DNA of 64,000 nucleotides. It comes from the human T2T-CHM13v2.0 reference genome, Homo sapiens. The DNA lies in assembly GCF_009914755.1 (NCBI RefSeq), contig NC_060947.1; one strand, written 5' to 3'. Positions 19,137 to 35,251 of this stretch are shown here, in pieces; position 1 is the stretch's first letter; every line of letters begins with the position of its first letter. The translations under genes and the position numbers were made by a program. The notes under the pieces were generated by a model. It was not told where the DNA came from. It saw only the letters and a list, made by a program, of their open reading frames with translations, and ran no database searches.

Positions 19137-20315
19137 TTACTATTATACTTTAAGTTCTAGGGTACATGTGCATAACCTGCAGGTTTGTTACATAGATATA
19201 CATGTGCCATGTTGGTTTGCTGCAACCATCAACTCATTTAAATTAGGTATTTCTCCCAATACTATCCCTCCCTTAGCACCCCACCCCCAAGAGGCCCCAG
19301 TGTGGGTTGTTCCCCTCCCTGTGTCCATGTGTTCTCATTGTTCAATTCCCACTTATGAGGGAGAATATGCGGTGTTTGGTTTTCTGTCCTTGTGATAGTT
19401 TGCTGAGAATGATGGTTTCCAGCTTCATTCATGTCCCTGCAAAGGACATAAACTCATCCACTTTATGGCTGCATAGTATTCCATGGTGTATATGTGCCAC
19501 ATTTTCTTTATCCAGTCTATTATGGATGGACATTTCGATTGGTTCCAAGTCTTTGCTATTGTGAATAGTGCTGCAATAAACATACATGTGCATGTGTCTT
19601 TATAGTAGCATGATTTATAATCCTTTGGGTATATACCCAGTAATGGGATGGCTGGGTCAAGTGGTATTTCTAGTTCTAGATCCTTGAGGAATCACCACAC
19701 TGTCTTCCACGATGGTTGAATTAATTTACACTCCCACCAACAATGTAAAAGCATTCCTATTTCTCCACATCCTCTCCAGCATCTATTGTTCCCTGACTTT
19801 TTAATGATCGCCATTCTAACTGGCGTGAGATGGTATCTTATTGTGGTTTTGATTTGCATTTCTCTAATGACCAGCAATGATGAGCATTTTTGAATATGTC
19901 TGTTGGCTGAATAAATGTCTTCTTTTGAGAAGTGTCTGTTCACATCCTTTGCCCACTTTTTGATGGGGTTGTTTGTTTTTTCTTGTAAATTTGTTTAATT
20001 AAATTCTTTGTAGATTCTGAATATTAGCCCTTTGTCAGATGGCTAGATTGCAAAAATTTTCTCCCATTCTGTAGGTTGCCTTCTCACTCTGATGACAGTT
20101 TCTTTTGTTGTGCAGAAATTCTTTAGTTTAATTATATCCCATTTGTCAATTTTGGCTCTTGTTGCCATTGCTTTTGGTGTTTTAGACATGAAGTCTTTGC
20201 CCATGCCTATGTCCTGAATGGTAATGCCTAGGTTTTCTTCTACGGTTTTTATGGTTTTAGGTCTTACATTTAAGTCTTTAGTCCATCTTGAATCAATTTT
20301 TGTGTAAGGTGTAAG
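19137..20315 (-). mobile_element. 5'-truncated L1PA6-like LINE-1 (~1.2 kb)
   Basis: TATACTTTAAGTTCTAGGGTACATGTGC 3'UTR; ORF2 C-terminal peptide at 19692-19943; 10-bp TSD GAATTTTTAA at 19127-19136 and 20316-20325. Confidence 0.88.
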
Positions 20316-22422
20316 GAATTTTTAAAGACCTTCTTTGGGCCTAACATATGGTCAATCTTTGAGAATGATCCATATGTTGAGCATGTGTGTTCTGTAAATA
20401 TCTATTAGGTTCACTTGGTCCATAGTGCAGAGTAAATACGATATTTCTTTCTTAATTTTTTTGTCTGTTGATCTGCCCCATGTTAAAAGTGGAACATTGA
20501 ATTCTCCTGCTATTATCTTTTGGGTCTATCTCTCTCTTTAGCTGTAATAATATTTGCTTAATATAATTGGTTGCTACAATGTTGAGTGCATTTACATTTA
20601 CAATTGTTATATCCTCTCCCAGAAGTGATCCCTTTGTCATTATATGACCTTTTTTGTCCATTTTCATAAATTTTATCTTAAAATCTATTTTGTTATAAGG
20701 TTAGCTACTGCACTTTTTTTTTTTTGCTTTCCATTGGCATGATACATCTTTTTCCCTTTTTAAAATTTCAGTCTATTTGTGTCTTTATAGTTGAAGTGTG
20801 TTTCTTGTAGGACACAGATCATTAGTTTTGTTTTTTATTTATTCAGCTATTGCATGTCTTTTGATGGGAGAGCATAGTCCATTTACATTTCATCTCACCA
20901 TTGATAAGGACTTACTCTTGCCATTTTGTTGTTTTATATTTTTTGTCATCTTCTCTTTCTTCTTTTCTGTCTTCCTTTCAATGAAGGTGATATTCTCTCA
21001 TTAAATGTTTTAATTTCTTGCTTTTTTTTGTGTGTATATGTTGCCTGATTTATTATTTTGGATTATCATGAGGCTTGCAAATACTATCTTGTAAACCACT
21101 GTTAAACAACTTAACACTGATTGCATAAACAAAACTAAAAACAAACTAAGATAAAACTAATAAAACTCTAGATTTTTTCTTCCCATTTTTAACCAATTGT
21201 TGTTTCTATTTATATCTTATTATATCATTTATGTCTTGAAAAGTTGGAGTTATTATTATTTGTCAGTTCATCTTTTAGTCTTTCTACTAAAGGTATGAGT
21301 AGTTTGCCCACCACAATTACAGTGTTCTGTAATTTTCTTTGTAGTTTCTATTGCCAGTAAATTTTGTACCATCAGATAATTTTGTTTTTGCTTTTTAGTG
21401 TCATTTTCTTTTAGATTGAAAAACTCCCTTCAGCATTTCTCGTGGGACAGGTTTCATAATGACGAACTCCCTCAGCTTTTGTTTCTCTGGGAAAATATTT
21501 CTCCTTTATGTTTGATGCATACTTTTGCTGGATATACTATTCTAGGATAGAAGTTAAATTCCTTCAGCCCTTTAAATATGTCATGTCACTCTCTCCTGGA
21601 CTTTCAGGTTTCCACTGAAAAGTCTGCTGCCAGACTTATTGGAGCTCCAATGTATTTTTTCTCTGATCTCTCTACTTCCTCTTTAAGGCCAATAACTCTT
21701 ATATTTGCCATTTTGAGGTCATTTTCTACATCTTGTAGGCATGCCTCATTCTTTTATCTTTTGTCTCCTCTGTGTAGTTTCAAATAGACTGTGTTCAAGC
21801 TCACTAATTCTTTCTTCTGCCAGATCAATTCTGCTGTTAAGAGACTAATGCATTCTTTAGGTATGTCAGTTACATTTTTCAACTCCAGAATTTCTGCTTT
21901 ATTCTTTTTAATCATTTCAATCTCTTTGTTAAATTTAGCTGATAGGGTTCTAAATTCCTTCTATGTGCTAATTTGAATTTAGAATGTGCTCCCTCAAAAC
22001 AGCTATTTTGAATTATCTGTCTAAAATATCAGATATCTCTGGTTCCCTGGGATTGGTTTCTGATGCTTTATTTAGCTTGTTTGGTGAGGTCATGTTTTCC
22101 CGGATGGTCTGAATGGTTGCAGACATGCAACAGTTTCTGAGAATTGAAGTGTTAGCTATATATTGTAGTCTTCGCATTCTGGGCATTTGCAACCTTCCTT
22201 TTTGGGAAGGTTTTCTAGGTATTCAAAGGAACTTGGGTGATATGATTTAAGTCTGTGGTCACTGCAACCATATCTGCATTAGGGGCACCCCAAGCCCAGT
22301 AAAGCGGTGGCTCCTGGAGACTCACAGAATTACCATCTTGGTGGTCTTGTGTAAGATCCTGAAGGATTCTCTGGATTACCAGGCAGAGACTCTTGTTCTC
22401 TCTCCTGACTTTTCCCCATACT

Positions 22423-22425
<3 letters not shown>

Positions 22426-22473
<48 letters not shown>
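22426..22473. repeat. (TG)24 microsatellite
   Basis: Uninterrupted TG run inside the L1MA3-like 5'UTR. Confidence 0.98.
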
Positions 22474-22476
<3 letters not shown>

Positions 22477-25400
22477 GTATTCAGGGAGGAATGAAATAAG
22501 TACCCTCATAGCCTCCACCAGTGAGACTGTGCTGGATCAGACCCAAAGCCAGCAGCACAGCACTGGGTTGCACCCAAGGCCCTGCTGTTCACTGCCTGGC
22601 TACTACCTATATTCATTCAAGGCCCAAGGGCTCTACAACCATCAGGTGGTGAATTTAGCCAGACTTGTTTTCTTCCTTTCAGAGTGGTGAGTTCTCCCCA
22701 GTCCCAGGCTGGTCCAGAGATGCCATCCAGGAGTCAGTTTCTGAAGTTGGGGACCTTAGGAATCTACCTGGTGCTCTATTCTCCTACAGCTGAGCTGACA
22801 TCTTGGCCACAAAACAAAGTATTTCCCACTCATCCCTCCCTGTCCTCGAGCAGAAGAGTTTCACCTTGCGGCTACCACTGGCCCCAGGCATTTGGTGAAT
22901 ACTGCCTGGCTACTACCAGTTTTCACTCTAGGCCCAAGGGCTCTTCAGTCAGCTTGCAGTGAATGCTGCCAGGCCTGGATTTCTCCCTTCAGGGTAGTAG
23001 GTTTCCCTCTGGCTCCAAGCAGTTCCAGAAATACCACCAAGGAACCAAGGCAGCCTGGAATCAGGGGCCCCAGGAACCTGCTTGGTGCTCTAGCCCACTG
23101 TTGCCAAACTGATACCCAAACTGCAAGACAAAGTCCCCCTTACTCTTCCCTCTTGTTTAATCAAACAGAAGAACTGACTCCTCATAGCCACCATAGCTGT
23201 GAATGTGCTCAGTCACCCCTATAGTCAGGATGACTCTGAATCTCACTCGAGGCCAAAAATGAGTATTGCCTGTCTATCACTGCTGATTATTTAGTATAGA
23301 AGGGCTCTTTAGTCAGATAATAAATCCTTCCAGGACTAAGTTCTTCCCTTCAAGGCAGTGTTTTCCTTTCTGGCCCAGAGTTTGTCTATACATTTTGCCC
23401 AGGAGCTATGGCCTGAAATGGGGGTCTCAGAACTCAGCCGGGTGCCCTATTCTACTGAGGCTGAAGTGGCATCCACTTCGCAAGACAAAGTGTTCTTTAC
23501 TCTCCCCTCTCTTCTCTTCAAGCAGAAGGAAGGACTTTCTCCTGGAGTTGTGAGCTGTGATGCCTGGGATTGGAGAAGGGATAACATAAGCAGCCTCGTA
23601 GCAACCCTGGCTGGTGTCTCACAAGGTTGTATGCACCCCAAGTCCACTGGCTCCAAGCCCAGCATAGCACCAGGGCTTACCCAGAAATTGCAGTCCTTGT
23701 GGCCTAGACTGCCTTTCTAGTTTATTTAGGAACCCAGAGCAGTTTAGCCTGCAGTAGTGGGGCTTGCTGGAACTCAGATTACAAGTATTTGATGGATGAT
23801 TTACCTCTGGCTAGGGATAGTATAAATGTTTCCTCCATGGACTCCAGTTGAGTTCTGCCTGATGTTGCTTTCTGCTGTAACAGGGTACCACTGAGTTTCA
23901 ATGCAAAGTCTCAAAATAACTACACTGTCCTTCCTGCAAGTACACACATTCTCTCTCCTCTCCAGGTGGCTGCTGTCAGGATATGGAGGAGAGGTGGTGT
24001 GATTCATAACTCTTTCCTAACCTGTCCAGTGTCTCTTTCCTTAGGTATTATGATTACTCACCTGATTTTTTATTCTTATGAAGGCTTTTTTTTTGTGTAA
24101 ATAGTTGTTCCATTTGGTGTTCCTGTTGCAGGGGGGAATCTCTGGAGGCTTCTATTTGGTCATCTTGCCCTGCCTCCTCAATAGTTCTATTTTTAATTTT
24201 TTGAGAAACCTCCAGGCTCTTTTCCAGAATGGCTATACTAATTTACATTCCCTCCAGGAGAGTGTAAGCATACCTTTTTCTTCACATTGTCACCATCATT
24301 TGTTATATTTTGTCATTCTAATAATAGCCATTCTAACTGAAGTGAGGTGATATTTCATTGCCTATTTCATTTACATTTACCTGATGATTAGGAAAGTTGA
24401 GCATTATTTTATAGACCCAGTGGCCATATGTTTGTGTTATTTTGAAAAATATCTATTAAGGTATTTTGCCCATTTTAAAAACAATCTTTTATTTCTTGTG
24501 TGTATTTTTTTTGCTATTGAGTTGCATTCCTTATATATTATGAATATTGACCCCTTGTCAGATGTATAGTTTGCAATTATTTTCCTCCATTCTGGAGATT
24601 TTCTCCACTGTTGATCCTTTCTTTTGATGTGCATACGTTTTCTAGTTTAATGCAATCCCACTTGCCTATTTTTGCTTTTGTGCTCTTACCTTCTTGCTCA
24701 GTACAATGCCATGAAGCATTTCCCCTATATTCTAGTAGCAACATAGTTTAGTTCTTACCTTTAAGTTTTTAATCCATTTTGAGTTGATTTTTGTATATGG
24801 TAAAAGATAGGGGTCTAACCTCATTCTTCTATGTGAGGATATACAGTTTTCTTTCAGCCCCAGTTATTGAAGTGCTCGTTCTTTCCCCTGGTATGTGTTC
24901 TTGGCCCCTTTGTGGAAAGTTACTTGGCTGTAGATGTATTTACTTCTGTGCTCTCAATTCTGTTTCTTGGTTTATGTGACCATTTTTATGCCAGTACTAT
25001 GCCTTTTTTGTTACCAGAGAAATGTGGTATATTTTGAAGTCAAGTAGTATGATGCCTCCAGCTTTTTCTTATTGCTTAAGATTGATTTGGCTATTCAGAG
25101 TCTTTTGTAGGTCCATATGATTTTAAGGATTGTTTGTTGTATATCTGTGAAGAAAGACATTGGTATTTTGATAGGTGTTGCCTTGAATCTGTAGATTACT
25201 TTGAGTAGTATGAATATTTTAACAATAACAATTCTTCCAATCCACGGACAAAGGATATCTTTCCATTTATTTGTGTCCTTTTCAATTTCTTTTATCAATA
25301 TTTTCAAGTTTTTATAGTTTTTAGTGTAGAGATTTTCACTTCCTTAAACTTATTCCAACTTATCTTATGTTTTCATAGCTATTGAAAATGGGGTTGTTTC

Positions 25401-26570
25401 CTATATTTTTTTCATACAGTTCACTACTGATATATAGAAACACTATTAATTTATGTTGATTTTGTGTCTTGGAACTGTGCTACATTTGTATACTAGTTCC
25501 AAGAGTTTTTTTGGTGACGTCTTTAGGGATTTCTAAATATGAGATTATATCACCCACAAACAGGGACAATTTGACATCCTCCTTTCCAATTTGGATGCCT
25601 TTTATTTCTTTCTCTTGCCTAATTTCTCTGGCAGGAATTTTCAGTATGATGTTGAATAAAAGTTGTGAAAATGGGTATCCTTGTCTTTTTCCAGATCTTA
25701 GGGAGAAAGCATTCAGCCTTTTTTCTATCTAATATAATGTTAGCTGTGGGTTTTTCATATACAGTATTGGGTTACGGTATATTTCTTTTATGCCTAATTT
25801 GTTGAGAGTCTTTATGATGAAGTGATGTCATATGTTGTCAAATGCTTTTTTTGTGTGTGTGTTTTTGAAATTATCATATGTTTTTGTCCTTTTTTCTCTT
25901 AATGTAAATTATCACATTTATTGATATGCATATGTTGAACCATTCTTGCATCTCTGGGATGAATCCCACTTGATCATAACAAATGTTCTTTTTAATGTAC
26001 TGTTGAATTTGGTTTGCTAGGATTTTGTTGAGGATTTTTGTATCAATGTTCATCAAGGATATTGGTCTATGGTTTTCTTTTGTGTGTGTGTCCTTGTCTG
26101 GTTCTGGTATTATGCTGTTTATTAGAGGGTATTGCTATAAACTTCCCTCTTAGAAGTAATTTTTGTGTAGACCATAGGTTTTGGTATGTTGTTTTTCTTT
26201 TCATTTCCAGAAATTTTAAATTTTCTCTTTTTATTTCCTTATTGACCGATTGGTTATTCAGGAGCAAGTTTTTAATTTCTATGTGTTGGAGTTCCTTCTT
26301 TTACTGATGTCTAGTTTTATAGCATTGTGTTCAGAAAAGATACTTTTATTTATTTATTTATTATTATTATACTTTAAGTTTTAGGGTACATGTGCACAAT
26401 GTGCAGATTAGTTACATATGTATACATGTGCCACCCTGGTGTGCTGCACCCACTAACTCGTCATCTAGCATTAGGTATATCTCCCAATGCTATCCCTCCC
26501 CCCTCCCCCCACCCCACCACAGTTCCCAGAGTGTGATGTTCCCCTTCCTGTGTCCATGTGTTCTCATTGT

Positions 26571-30398
<3,828 letters not shown>

Positions 30399-30461
30399 TA
30401 TGATGTTAGCTGGTTATTTTGCTCGTTAGTTGATGCAGTTTCTTCCTAGTCTCGATGGTCT

Positions 30462-31475
30462 TTACATTTTGGCATGATTTTGCAGTGGCTGGTACCGGTT
30501 GTTCCTTTCCGTGTTTAGTGCTTCCTTCAGGAGCTCTTTTATGGCAGGCCTGGTGGTGACAAAATCTCTCAGCATTTGCTTGTCTGTAAAGTATTTTATT
30601 TCTCCTTCACTTATGAAGCTTCGTTTGGCTGGATATGAAATTCTGGCTTGAAAATTCTTTTCTTTGAGAATGTTGAATATTGGCCCCTACTCTCTTCTGG
30701 CTTGTAGAATTTCTGCCGAAAGATCTGCTGTTAGTCTGATGGGCTTCCCTTTGAGGGTAACCTGACCTTTCTCTCTGGCTGCCCTTAACATTTTTTCCTT
30801 CATTTCAACTTTGGTGAATCTGACAATTATGTGTCTTGGAGTTGCTCTTCTCGAGGAGTATCTTTGTGGCGTTCTCTGTATTTCCTGAATCTGAATGTTG
30901 GCCTGCCTTGCTAGATTGGGGAAGTTCTCCTGGATAATATCTTGCAGAGTGTTTTCCAACTTGGTTCCATTCTCCCCGTCACTTTCAGGTACACCAATCA
31001 GACGTAGATTTGGTCTTTTCACATAGTCCCATATTTCTTGAAGGCTTTGCTCATTTCTTTTTATTCTTTTTTCTCTAAACTTCCCTTCTCACTTCATTTC
31101 ATTCATTTCATCTTCCATCGCTGATACCCTTTCTTCTAGTTGATCACATCAGCTCCTGAGGCTTCTGCATTCTTCATGTAGTTCTCGAGCCTTGGTTTTC
31201 AGCTCCATCAGCTCCTTTAAGCACTTCTCTGTATTGGTTATTCTAGTTATACATTCTTCTAAATTTTTTTCAAAGTTTTCAACTTCTTTGCCTTTGGTTT
31301 GAATGTCCTCCAGTAGCTCGGAGTAATTTGATCGTCTGAAGCCTTCTCTCTGCTCGTCAAAGTCATTCTCCATCCAGCTTTGTTCTGTTGCTGGTGAGGA
31401 ACTGCGTTCCTTTGGAGGAGGAGAGGCGCTCTGCTTTTTACAGTTTCCAGTTTTTCTGCTCTGTTTTTTCCCCAT
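30462..31475 (-). pseudogene. ORF1: LINE-1 ORF1 RNA-binding protein, disrupted
   Basis: MGKKQSRKTGN...; single frame of 1014 nt with in-frame stops at 31149 (TGA) and 30687 (TAG) and a 3-bp deletion near FDE-QREG. Confidence 0.93.
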
Positions 31476-32380
31476 CTTTGTGGTTTTATCTACTTTTGGT
31501 CTTTGATGATGGTGATGTACAGATGGGTTTTTGGTGTGGATGTCCTTTCTGTTTGTTAGTTTTCCTTCTAACAGACAGGACCCTCAGCTGCAGGTCTGCT
31601 GGAGTCCTGGGCCCTGTGAGGTGTCAGTCTGCCCCTGCTGAGGGGTGCCTCCCAGTTAGGCTACTCGGGGGTCAGGGGTCAGGGACCCACTTGAGGAGGC
31701 AGTCTGCCCATTCTCAGATCTCCAGCTGCGTGCTGGGAGAACCACTGCTCTCTTCAAAGCTGTCAGACAGGGACATTTAAGTCTGCAGAGGTTACTGCTG
31801 TCTTTTTGTTTGTCTGTGCCCTGCCCCCAGAGGTGAAGCCTATAGAGGCAGGCAGGCCTCCTTGAGCTGTGGTGGTCTCCACCCAGTTGGAGCTTCCCAG
31901 CTGCTTTGTTTACCTAAGCAAGCCTGGGCAATGGCGAGCGCCCCTCCCCCAGCCTCGCTGCTGCCTTGCAGTTTGATCTCAGACTGCTGTGCTAGCAATC
32001 AGCGAGATTCCGTGGGCGTAGGGCCCTCTGAGCCAGGTGCGGGATGTAATCTCCTGATGCGCAGTTTTTAAGCCCGTTGGAAAAGCGCAGTATTCGGGTG
32101 GGAGAGACCCGATTTTCCAGGTGCCGTCTGTCACCCCTTTCTTTGACTAGGAAAGGGAACTACCTGACCCCTTGTGCTTCCCGAGTGAGGCAATGCCTCG
32201 CCCTGCTTTGGCTCACGCATGGTGTGCACACCCACTGACCTGCACCCACTGTCTGGCACTCCCTAGTGAAATGAAGCCGGTACCTCAGATGGAAATGCAG
32301 AAATCACCCATCTTCTGCGTCGCTCACGCTGGGAGCTGTAGACGGGAGCTGTTCCTATTCAGCCATCTTGGCTCCTCCCC
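31476..32380 (-). promoter_or_regulatory. L1 5'UTR internal sense promoter (YY1 core CAAGATGGC) with antisense promoter firing on the + strand
   Basis: Recognisable L1PA2-type 5'UTR with partial CpG retention; activity inferred from family knowledge, not shown by the sequence. Confidence 0.7.
31931..32071 (+). pseudogene. ORF0: LINE-1 antisense ORF0, truncated to 46 aa
   Basis: MASAPPPASLLPCSLISDCCASNQRDSVGVGPSEPG... matches ORF0; early TAA at 32069-32071; splice donors CAG|GTGCGG (32037) and CAG|GTGCCG (32121). Confidence 0.8.
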
Positions 32381-35173
32381 ACTTTTTTCCAGAAAAGATA
32401 CTTGATATAATCTCTATCTAATCTTCTTAAATTTGGTAAGACTTGTTTTGTAAGCTAGCATGTGATCTATACTGCAAAATGTTCTATATGCAGTAGGGGA
32501 GAATGTGTATTCTGCAGCTGTTTGATGGAATGTTTTGTAAAGGTCTGTTAGATCAATTTGGTCTAGAGTGCAGTTTATTTTTTACCTTGTTTTATTTTAT
32601 TTTTTTTTTAGAGTGCAGTGTAAATCTGATGTTCCTTTGTTGATTTTCTGTCTGTATGATATGTCCGTTGTTGAAAGTGGGGTGTTGAAGCCCCCAGCTA
32701 CTATTGTATTGCAGCCAATCTCTCCCTTTTGATCAAAAGCATTTGCCTTATGTAGTTAGGTTCTTCAGTTTTGGGTACATATATATATTCATAATTGTTA
32801 TATTCTCTCATTGAATTGACTTCTTTATTATTATATAATGATATAAAGACTTTCATCTCTTTTTACAGTTTTTGACTTAAAGTCCATTTTATGTCGTGTA
32901 AGTATAGCTTCATTAGTTCTCTTTTGGCTTCTATTTCCATGGAATATCTTTGTCCATCCTTTTACTTTCAATCTCTTTGTGTCCCGTAACATGAGTCTTC
33001 TGTAGACAATATATAGTTGCATGTTTTGTTTTTTTTTAGTCCATTCAGCCACTCTATGTCTTTAGATTGCATTATTGAATCCATTTACATCAAAAATAAT
33101 TATTAATAGGTAATGACTTACTACTGCCATTTTGTTCATTGTTTTCTAGTTATTTTGTTGATTCTTTCTTCCTTTTTTTCTTTTTTTCTGTCTCCTTTAT
33201 GACTAGATATTCTTCATTGGTATGCTTTGATACCCTACTTTTTGTCTTTTGTGTATCTATTATAGATTTTTGCTTTGTGTTTGCCATGAAATATCTGATA
33301 TTTGCATAAAATATCCTATAACAAGCTATATAAGGCTGATAACAAATTAACAATGATGGTATTTAAAAACTCTATACTTTTATTCCATCCTTCTCTGCTT
33401 TATGATATTGATATCAGCATTTACATCTTTTCATATTATGTATTTTTAACAAATTATTGTAACTATTGTTATTTTAATAATTTTGTTTTTAATCTTCATA
33501 TAGGATATATATATGATTTATACACCAACATTACTGTATTAGAGTATTCTGAATTTAACTGTGTACTTACTTGTACTAGTGAGTTTTATACTTTCATGTG
33601 CTTTTGTGTTACCAATTAGGATATTTTTCTTTCAGTTGGAAGGACTTTCTTTAGCATTTCTTGTAGGTCAGATCTGCTGGTGATGAACTCCCACAGCTTT
33701 TGTTTGTCCAGTAGTCTTTATCCCTCCTTCATTTCTGAGGGATAGCTTTGCTGAGTAAAATATTCTTTGTTGGCAGGCTTTTTTTTTCTTTAGGATTTTG
33801 AATATGTCATCTCACTCTCTCCTCGACTATAAGGTTTCTACTGAGAAAAATTCTGCTAGCCTTATTAAATATCCTTTATATGTGATCTGCTTTTTTTCTA
33901 CTGCTGCTTTCAGCATCCTCTCTTTGTCTTTGAATTTTTACAGTTTGGTTATAATATGCCTTGTAGTTTTGCTTGGATTGATCCTCATTGAAGACTTTTG
34001 ACTTTCCTATGTCTGGATATTTGTATTTTCTCCCAGATTTGGAATGTTTTCAGCTTGCTATGGTAATGGCTACAGTGTTTCGGGTAGGGGTAGATTCAGT
34101 GAAGCTAAAGAGCCCAGGACTAGGTGGCAGCACTTGTGAGACAGCTGTGGTTTGAGGATTGGGGAAGATGTTCAGGGTTGGAAGAGGTAGAGGTTTCTTT
34201 CTTGAAACAGCTCAACAGCAGCTTCTTCTTGTGAGGGTGAGAGTGGTGTATAGCTGTGTCTCTGTCTCTGGATTTCTCCAAGTAAAATGGCTGTTGGTTA
34301 TTTCAGTGGCAAAGGATGCCAGTGTCCACTGCAGAGCAGGCTGCTGGGGACCACAGTATTTCCTGCTGCATGTATGATACAGATAGCCTCTACCTTTCTT
34401 CTTTGTTCATAACCAATTCCTGGCATCTCAAGTATGCCAATCTTGCCAGCAATCATTTCTGTGTGGATATTCTCCATTCTTTTGATCCACTGTCATTACA
34501 GATTATTTATTTGGCTTTTGAGCAGTTTCAGGGTTATTTTGGTTTGTGGATAGCTGTCTATATTTGTTTTCTTGTTGGGGAAATGAAGGTGGTATCTTCT
34601 CTGCCATCTTGGTGACGTCCTTCCAGCTCAGACTTCTATGATTTTCTTTTGCAAAATTATTTTAAAATAGTACTTGATAAAAGTTTGATGGTTTATTGAG
34701 GATGAGACCTTTGTCATATTCTACTTCTGTATATATCCCCCTTAGCACTCCCTAGCAGAGTACTGGTAGGTAGGATAGTTAAATCCAAGTGTTGGAAAGG
34801 GACCTAGACATTACCTCATTTTATGTTGCCATGTTCATGAGGTTTTCAAAAGTTTGATACTTTGCGAATGTCATTGAATAAGTTTTTGGTTGACTAAGCT
34901 ATTTACTATCTCCTAAATTGAGAAGCTAGTGATTAGATTTTCAAATATCCCCACATGATGTGGCGGTAACTGTGTTTCTCATTCCCTACCTTCTTCCCTC
35001 CCTCTTTTCTTCCTTCTTTTCTATTTCAATATTCACATATTAAACTACATACTTGCATAAAAGCTCAAACTTTAGTGTTTAATGTAAAAACCGAAATCTT
35101 CCAGACTCCCTCCCCATAGGTAAATAATGTTAGCAGTTTTCTGAGTACTCCCCTACATGTTTTTATATCTTTT

Positions 35174-35221
<48 letters not shown>

Positions 35222-35251
35222 CCTACCTACCTACCTATCATCTATCTATCA
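35174..35251. repeat. Compound tetranucleotide STR (TCTA)12(CCTA)4 TCA (TCTA)2 TCA
   Basis: Read directly from the sequence. Confidence 0.95.

Larger units (their letters stand above)
15627..24179 (-). mobile_element. Near-full-length L1MA3-like LINE-1
   Basis: 3' end TTGTGGGTACATAATAGGTGTATA...GATACAAGCATACAATG; ORF2 remnants at 17429-17698 and 18184-18387 ([20 protein letters not shown]); 5'UTR similar to the L1MA2-like copy; 5' end GGTCATCTTGCCCTGCCTCCT. Confidence 0.8.
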
